From positions 62,001-126,000 of the IMG/VR virus record IMGVR_UViG_3300021959_006017: 64,000 bases of DNA. One strand, 5' to 3'. Within the stretch, counting starts at the first letter, position 1; each line of letters starts with the position of its first letter. Below, one piece after another: positions 58,857 to 64,000 of the stretch. Both the position numbers and the translations under genes were made by a program. Below the pieces are notes generated by a model, which was given only the letters and a program-made list of their open reading frames with translations, ran no database searches and was not told where the DNA came from.

Positions 58857-59250
58857 GATAATAACAAGTCCTGATAGAGTTTATGACGCTAGTTCAGATA
58901 TATTGTTAATCAATCCTAGTCAAGAAAGATTGTCTCAGTTTCAAGAAGAGTTTTTAGCAACTACAAACATATCTTGTAATGTCTATTTGTATGAACATAG
59001 GACATATGATCCTAGTAATTTTGCTTGGTTATTGAGTGTTTTTAGAAGTAGTAAACTTACTATTTTAGATTTAGACAACCTTTCTCCTCACCTAAAAGAC
59101 TTTATTGCATACTTTCTTGCGCAACCAACAACTTTTTGGTTGACAAATATAGAGAAACCAGTATATAATCATATTAGTAAGAATAAGATATACTCGTTTG
59201 ATTTCTTACAAACCTTAGGAGGTAACTTTGAGAAGACAACACTCGAATAG
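58798..59250 (+). CDS. hypothetical protein
   Basis: IITSPD, WLL, YFLA pattern. Confidence 0.6.
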   Translation: MRNKMNQASLTELDELNKIKIITSPDRVYDASSDILLINPSQERLSQFQEEFLATTNISCNVYLYEHRTYDPSNFAWLLSVFRSSKLTILDLDNLSPHLKDFIAYFLAQPTTFWLTNIEKPVYNHISKNKIYSFDFLQTLGGNFEKTTLE

Positions 59251-59476
59251 TAAAGACCGTGTTAAAACAGGTCTTACAGTTGAAGTCCGTAATGGCGACT
59301 TCGCTTACGCATTGCGTAAGTTTAAAAAGAAAGTTCAAGAAGATGGTATTCTTCAAGAACTACGTGAAAGACAACACTACACCAAACCAAGCGAAAAACG
59401 CAAAAAAGCAAAAGCAGCAGGTCGTGCCCGCTGGTTGAAAAAACAACGTAAACAGGAACAAGAACGAGGCTTCTAA
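59228..59476 (+). CDS. rpsU: 30S ribosomal protein bS21
   Basis: [19 protein letters not shown]...[19 protein letters not shown]. Confidence 0.92.
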   Translation: MRRQHSNSKDRVKTGLTVEVRNGDFAYALRKFKKKVQEDGILQELRERQHYTKPSEKRKKAKAAGRARWLKKQRKQEQERGF

Positions 59477-60618
59477 TGCGCATCGAACAAGACGTTAAAC
59501 TTGACTACAAGGACGTACTCATACGGCCTAAGCGTTCAACACTAGGATCACGCAAGGAAGTAGACCTAGAACGAGGTTACACATTCCGTAACTATACTTC
59601 AGACTTTCCAGATAATATAGAAGAACGTCATTGGCGTGGCATTCCTCTTATGGCTGCTAACATGGATGGCGTTGGCACATTTGAAATGGCTGACCAACTT
59701 GCAACTGCAGGTATCTTCACTTGCTTAGTTAAAACTTATAGCGTAGAACAACTAGTAGAGTACTTTGATACAGATATGTATGAACGTACAAACTATGTCG
59801 CTATGAGCATTGGCATTAATGGCAGTGACTGGAACAAGTTTAAAAGTGTATATGAACGTGCAGACGGTAATCTAAAATACGTTTGCATTGACGTAGCAAA
59901 CGGATATTCAAATCGCTTCCGTGACTTTGTTGCAGAAATGCGTAAGACATATCCAAATATTGTAATCATCGCTGGAAATGTAGTAACTGGCGAAATGACG
60001 GAGGAACTTATTCTTGCTGGCGCAGATATTATTAAAGTGGGCATCGGCCCTGGAAGTGTTTGTACAACACGGATCCAAACTGGTGTTGGTTACCCTCAGC
60101 TTTCCGCTGTTATTGAGTGCGCTGATGCTGCTCACGGTCTTGGTGGCCATATCATTGCGGATGGTGGCTGCACTACTCCTGGCGATGTAGCCAAAGCATT
60201 TGCCGCTGGAGCAGACTTTGTAATGCTAGGTGGTATGCTTGCCGGACACGATGAAGGCGGCGGCGAAGTAATCACAAAGCACTATGCAAACAATGAATAC
60301 ACAAGACAAGATGATGGTACTTATGTGCCACACTTTGAACAAAGACACTTTGTACAGTTTTACGGCATGAGCAGTAAAAGTGCAAATGAAAAGCATTTCG
60401 GAGGATTGAAAGATTATCGTTCCTCGGAAGGCAGGACAGTCCTTGTACCCTACAGGGGATCTGTGGGTATAACCGTACAAGAAATACTCGGGGGTATTAG
60501 GTCTGCCTGTACGTATGCTGGAGCAGTGCGCTTGAAGCACCTATCTAAGTGTACAACATTTGTTCGTTGTACTCAAACTCATAACTCTGTTTATGAAAAA
60601 AGCACGATTGGCAAATGA
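59476..60618 (+). CDS. guaC: GMP reductase
   Basis: [54 protein letters not shown]. Confidence 0.94.
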   Translation: MRIEQDVKLDYKDVLIRPKRSTLGSRKEVDLERGYTFRNYTSDFPDNIEERHWRGIPLMAANMDGVGTFEMADQLATAGIFTCLVKTYSVEQLVEYFDTDMYERTNYVAMSIGINGSDWNKFKSVYERADGNLKYVCIDVANGYSNRFRDFVAEMRKTYPNIVIIAGNVVTGEMTEELILAGADIIKVGIGPGSVCTTRIQTGVGYPQLSAVIECADAAHGLGGHIIADGGCTTPGDVAKAFAAGADFVMLGGMLAGHDEGGGEVITKHYANNEYTRQDDGTYVPHFEQRHFVQFYGMSSKSANEKHFGGLKDYRSSEGRTVLVPYRGSVGITVQEILGGIRSACTYAGAVRLKHLSKCTTFVRCTQTHNSVYEKSTIGK

Positions 60619-60629
60619 TAAATAACTGT

Positions 60630-60707
60630 GTACATTATAAGAGTTATAATGTACTAGGATGCCGAAAGGATCCTAATATTAATCTTGCTTATTAAAGGAG
60701 AAAAAAC
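60630..60707 (+). promoter_or_regulatory. ROSE-like RNA thermometer in the hsp20 5' UTR
   Basis: Two upstream hairpins, then TCTTGCT (60683-89) pairing with AGGAGA SD with a bulged G. Confidence 0.7.
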
Positions 60708-61187
60708 ATGACAAGACTAACAACTCTAGACCTACCACACTTTCATAGAGCAACTATTGGCTTTGACAGACTGTTTAACGAATTAGAAACACAATTTGCA
60801 AATAGTCCTAATGGAAATGGTTATCCCCCATACAACATTGCACAAATCAACGAAGACGAGTATATGATCTCTGTTGCCGTTGCTGGCTTTGGTATGGATA
60901 ATCTGTCTGTAGAAAAAGACAAGAACGTTCTTAAGATTGAAGGTATCGCTCCTAAGGGAGGCGAACATGTCAACTACCTGCACAAAGGTATTGGCGGTCG
61001 CAACTTCCGTAGAGAGTTTACACTTGCTGACCACGTAGAAGTTGTCAGTGCTGGACTTGACCTAGGTATGCTTAATGTGCACCTAAAGCGTGAAGTTCCA
61101 GAAGAACTACAACCTAAGAAGATTGAAATCACAGACTGGAATGGTCATGTGACAGAAGCAATCGACGTAGACGCAAACGAAAAGTAA
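60708..61187 (+). CDS. small heat shock protein (Hsp20/IbpA-like)
   Basis: IGFDRLF, YPPYNI, AVAGF, YLHKGI..RNF.REFTLA. Confidence 0.94.
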   Translation: MTRLTTLDLPHFHRATIGFDRLFNELETQFANSPNGNGYPPYNIAQINEDEYMISVAVAGFGMDNLSVEKDKNVLKIEGIAPKGGEHVNYLHKGIGGRNFRREFTLADHVEVVSAGLDLGMLNVHLKREVPEELQPKKIEITDWNGHVTEAIDVDANEK

Positions 61188-61232
61188 ACAGTCTAGGGGG
61201 AGTTTTATACTCCCCCAATTTAAGGAACAGGT

Positions 61233-61532
61233 ATGACAACTGAAGTAGTTATTGACGAAAAAATCAAACGTGAAATTAAAGAACCTAACAACTATAATGT
61301 AATCATGTTAAATGATGACGGAACTCCGATGGAGTGGGTAGTACAAGTACTACAAGAAATCTATCGACACAGCCTTACGTCAGCTCAGGAAATAATGTTA
61401 ACTATTCACAATGAGGGATCAGCAGTCGTTGGCACTTATAAGTACGAAATAGCAGAACAAAAAGCAGTAGAAACTGTTAATGCAAGTCGCAATCAAGGGT
61501 TTCCACTGATATGTAAGGTTGAGGAAGAATGA
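61233..61532 (+). CDS. clpS: ATP-dependent Clp protease adaptor ClpS
   Basis: YNVIMLNDDGTPMEWV, MLTIHNEG. Confidence 0.92.
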   Translation: MTTEVVIDEKIKREIKEPNNYNVIMLNDDGTPMEWVVQVLQEIYRHSLTSAQEIMLTIHNEGSAVVGTYKYEIAEQKAVETVNASRNQGFPLICKVEEE

Positions 61533-62071
61533 GCTTAAAAGATTTAACTTGGGAACATCATAAAAATGCAGAACGTCAAGAGTTTGTTAAAGAACTCATG
61601 GGCGGCAAAATAACAAATGAAAGATATGCAACATATCTTTTCAATCAACATCCAGCATATAATACACTAGAAATGCTAGGCATGATGCATGGGTTATTTG
61701 ATGGGGTGCCTGAGCTAAGGCGAGCACCACGCATACATGAAGACTACCAAGAGCTTTGGAGCGATGACTTTAAACAGCCTGCATTATGTAAAAGTGTACG
61801 TGAATATATGGATCACTTAATGAGTATTAAAGATGATGCTGAAAAACTAATGGCACACATCTATGTAAGACATATGGGAGATCTAAGTGGCGGACAAATG
61901 ATTGCAAAACGTGTTCCTGGCAAAGGATTATTTTATCAGTTTAATCGTCCAGTAGATGAACTTAAAGAACATATACGTTCTAAAATCAATGACGACATGG
62001 CAGACGAAGCAAAACTATGCTTTGACTTTGCTACAAGATTATTTCAAGAGATGGCAGGATTAACAGAATGA
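61529..62071 (+). CDS. heme oxygenase (HemO/Ho1-like)
   Basis: LKDLTWEHH..AE, HIYVRHMGDLSGGQMI, EAKLCF. Confidence 0.92.
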   Translation: MSLKDLTWEHHKNAERQEFVKELMGGKITNERYATYLFNQHPAYNTLEMLGMMHGLFDGVPELRRAPRIHEDYQELWSDDFKQPALCKSVREYMDHLMSIKDDAEKLMAHIYVRHMGDLSGGQMIAKRVPGKGLFYQFNRPVDELKEHIRSKINDDMADEAKLCFDFATRLFQEMAGLTE

Positions 62072-62760
62072 GTGTTATCTGGGATAGACTTATAGAATGT
62101 CAAAATGAAATCATAAATATTTTTAATGAAAAGGCAAAAGAAGTACAAGAAGACGGTCTTGATTATTTTAACCGTCCAGATAGCGGTTGGATTAATCGTG
62201 TTTGGTCCAACGATAGTATCAGACGTGCTCACATCGATGTAGTTGACGCTAGAGATACAAAGGGTTTATGGATGATGCATGTATGCATATTTCCAACACT
62301 TGACAATCCTGCACCTATATACGGTTTCGATGTAATCGCAGGCAAGAACAAGATGACTGGTGCGTTCCATGACTTTTCACCAAGTGCTGATCCTGACCAC
62401 CCTATGATACAAGGTTACTACGAAAGCGTAGAAGACTTTATTCCTAAGAAGCAACGTGAACTGCCTGAGTGGGCTCGCAACATCTTTACAGATAAAATGC
62501 TTGCCGCAGGAAATGTAACCACAGAAGAAGAAGCAGTTGCTATTATTGAGATTGCTCTAAACAATCTTCATGCTTATTTTGATGAAGTAGGTCTTACTGA
62601 TAAAGAAGGTGATCCGACTATTGTCGCTGCATGTCAAGACTATTACTGTCACAATCAGCAACAGAATCCACACACTCCTAATGTTATGAAAAGTCTAGGG
62701 CTTCCTGAAGAAGATGTAGACAAGTTCTGCACAGACATGCTGTTTCCTAAACTAGCATAA
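62068..62760 (+). CDS. ferredoxin-dependent bilin reductase (PcyX/PcyA family)
   Basis: RRAHIDV, WMMHVCIFP, PIYGFDVI, HDFSP, LPEWA.IF, QQQNPHT. Confidence 0.85.
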   Translation: MSVIWDRLIECQNEIINIFNEKAKEVQEDGLDYFNRPDSGWINRVWSNDSIRRAHIDVVDARDTKGLWMMHVCIFPTLDNPAPIYGFDVIAGKNKMTGAFHDFSPSADPDHPMIQGYYESVEDFIPKKQRELPEWARNIFTDKMLAAGNVTTEEEAVAIIEIALNNLHAYFDEVGLTDKEGDPTIVAACQDYYCHNQQQNPHTPNVMKSLGLPEEDVDKFCTDMLFPKLA

Positions 62761-62783
62761 ATACAACATAATAGGAAACCCAC

Positions 62784-64000
62784 ATGAGATTTGCTGACTT
62801 TAAACTTGTAGAAACAAAAATGCTCAAAGAAGAAGCACTGCCTAGTAATGTTATGGCTGCTAAAGAAATGGGCAAAACAAACCCAGCAGGCGATAGAAAA
62901 TATGTTATTGCTATCGCAAAAAGCATGAGAGCTAATAAGCCTTTTGCATTTGTTCCACAAGGTAAAACAGTAAAAGCCAAAGAAGGTACTTTTGGTATTA
63001 TTGATAAGATCACTTACAATGGCGCAGAAATGAGTAGCGAAGAATGGGAAACATGGGCAAACAATCCTAAGACAGATGTAGCAGAGATTGTTAAAACTAC
63101 TTTTACTGTTGACGGCGAAGAATATGCTCTTAACAAAATGTGGAAAACAGAAGCAGCAACAGGTGCTATGAGCATTAACAAAGGTGATGCTGCTGAGGCT
63201 ATTCTTGGCGCAAGTATTACAGCAAAGTTTGACAAAGGCGGAAAGCCTATTAAGCCAGTTGACATTGTAAACGTTCTTAAGAACGTTGTTTCACAAGGCA
63301 CAATAGATGGTGAAACTAACTATGAAACCGCAGGCATTGAAGATGATAATTATTTGTTCAAACTAACACTTAATGCTACTTCAATGAAATCATTGAGAAT
63401 GTGGATTGAAGAAGACGATCCAATGGCTGCTCCAAAAGGATTTAAGATTGTTGATGAAGGTGTTGAAGCACAAACTATCAAAGACCTGCAGATGCAAATC
63501 AAAGCAGCAGTAGAATATGCTAATAGAAATGAACGTTGTATTACAGCAGTTGAAAAAGCAAAAGCAGATCCTAAAAAGAACCAAGTTCAAATCCTAAGTG
63601 ACGGCGGCGATGCTACACAGCAAAGTGTAACTAAAGTTGACCTTAAGATCACATATGACGGACAAGTAACTAGACTACTGAGTCTTAAAGCAGGAAGTGT
63701 TAAGCAGTTTGGACAACTAAGTGGTGCTGAATATGAAACCGCAGCAGGCTTCTTTGAAAGTGTTCTTAAGTTTAGATTGCCCGACAAACTAGCAACTACA
63801 TTTGGATTTAAGCCTAGCACAGATCCTGACTACAAAGACTACAACTACGGTAAAGGACCTTTTGAAAAACTATACAGTGAAATGGCTAAACAAGCCACGG
63901 AGTATACAAAGGGTGACAATACGAAAAAAGAATACAAACTAGTACAAAATGTTTATGATGGTATTAACTATCATGCTACTAGAGAAGAAGAAGGTGTAAC
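62784..64000 (+). CDS. hypothetical protein, truncated by the window edge (putative head-internal)
   Basis: MRFADF...LKEEA start after TAAATA; start checked by eye, absence from the ORF track is consistent with no stop before the edge. Confidence 0.65.
   Translation, partial: MRFADFKLVETKMLKEEALPSNVMAAKEMGKTNPAGDRKYVIAIAKSMRANKPFAFVPQGKTVKAKEGTFGIIDKITYNGAEMSSEEWETWANNPKTDVAEIVKTTFTVDGEEYALNKMWKTEAATGAMSINKGDAAEAILGASITAKFDKGGKPIKPVDIVNVLKNVVSQGTIDGETNYETAGIEDDNYLFKLTLNATSMKSLRMWIEEDDPMAAPKGFKIVDEGVEAQTIKDLQMQIKAAVEYANRNERCITAVEKAKADPKKNQVQILSDGGDATQQSVTKVDLKITYDGQVTRLLSLKAGSVKQFGQLSGAEYETAAGFFESVLKFRLPDKLATTFGFKPSTDPDYKDYNYGKGPFEKLYSEMAKQATEYTKGDNTKKEYKLVQNVYDGINYHATREEEGV

Overview
A 64 kb segment of a large lytic dsDNA phage with T4-like/jumbo-myovirus architecture (roughly 40% GC by eye). 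The host is inferred to be an Alphaproteobacterium, probably marine, from ALA synthase, a two-piece permuted tmRNA with an ANDNF- tag, a DUF1127 protein, a ROSE-like element and a hemO-pcyX-like cassette. Layout: (i) 0.1-8.3 kb rightward replication/metabolic operon (primase, carbamoyltransferase N-domain, DnaB-like helicase, ferredoxin-NADP reductase); (ii) 9.3-21.7 kb leftward early/host-takeover module of about 40 small genes, about 26 near-consensus sigma70 promoters, a recurring GAGGGC ribosome-binding site and 3 tRNAs, bracketed by non-coding zones; (iii) 22.5-64 kb mostly rightward late/structural and auxiliary metabolic genes (hemA, NfuA-like, nrdA/nrdB/glutaredoxin, PAAR-peptidase, tmRNA, bS21, guaC, Hsp20, ClpS, heme oxygenase, bilin reductase). 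Main unexplained signals: a sharply bounded 3.5 kb block (17.86-21.42 kb) whose + (template) strand almost lacks GA and GG, so its proteins are nearly proline-free; a multi-hairpin RNA whose loops (GCCCUC) are complementary to the phage's own early RBS; a repeated AGCGGGGCC motif marking the block; and a textbook -1 frameshift site at 40.7 kb. All calls come from manual motif recognition; no database searches were run and counts were made by eye.
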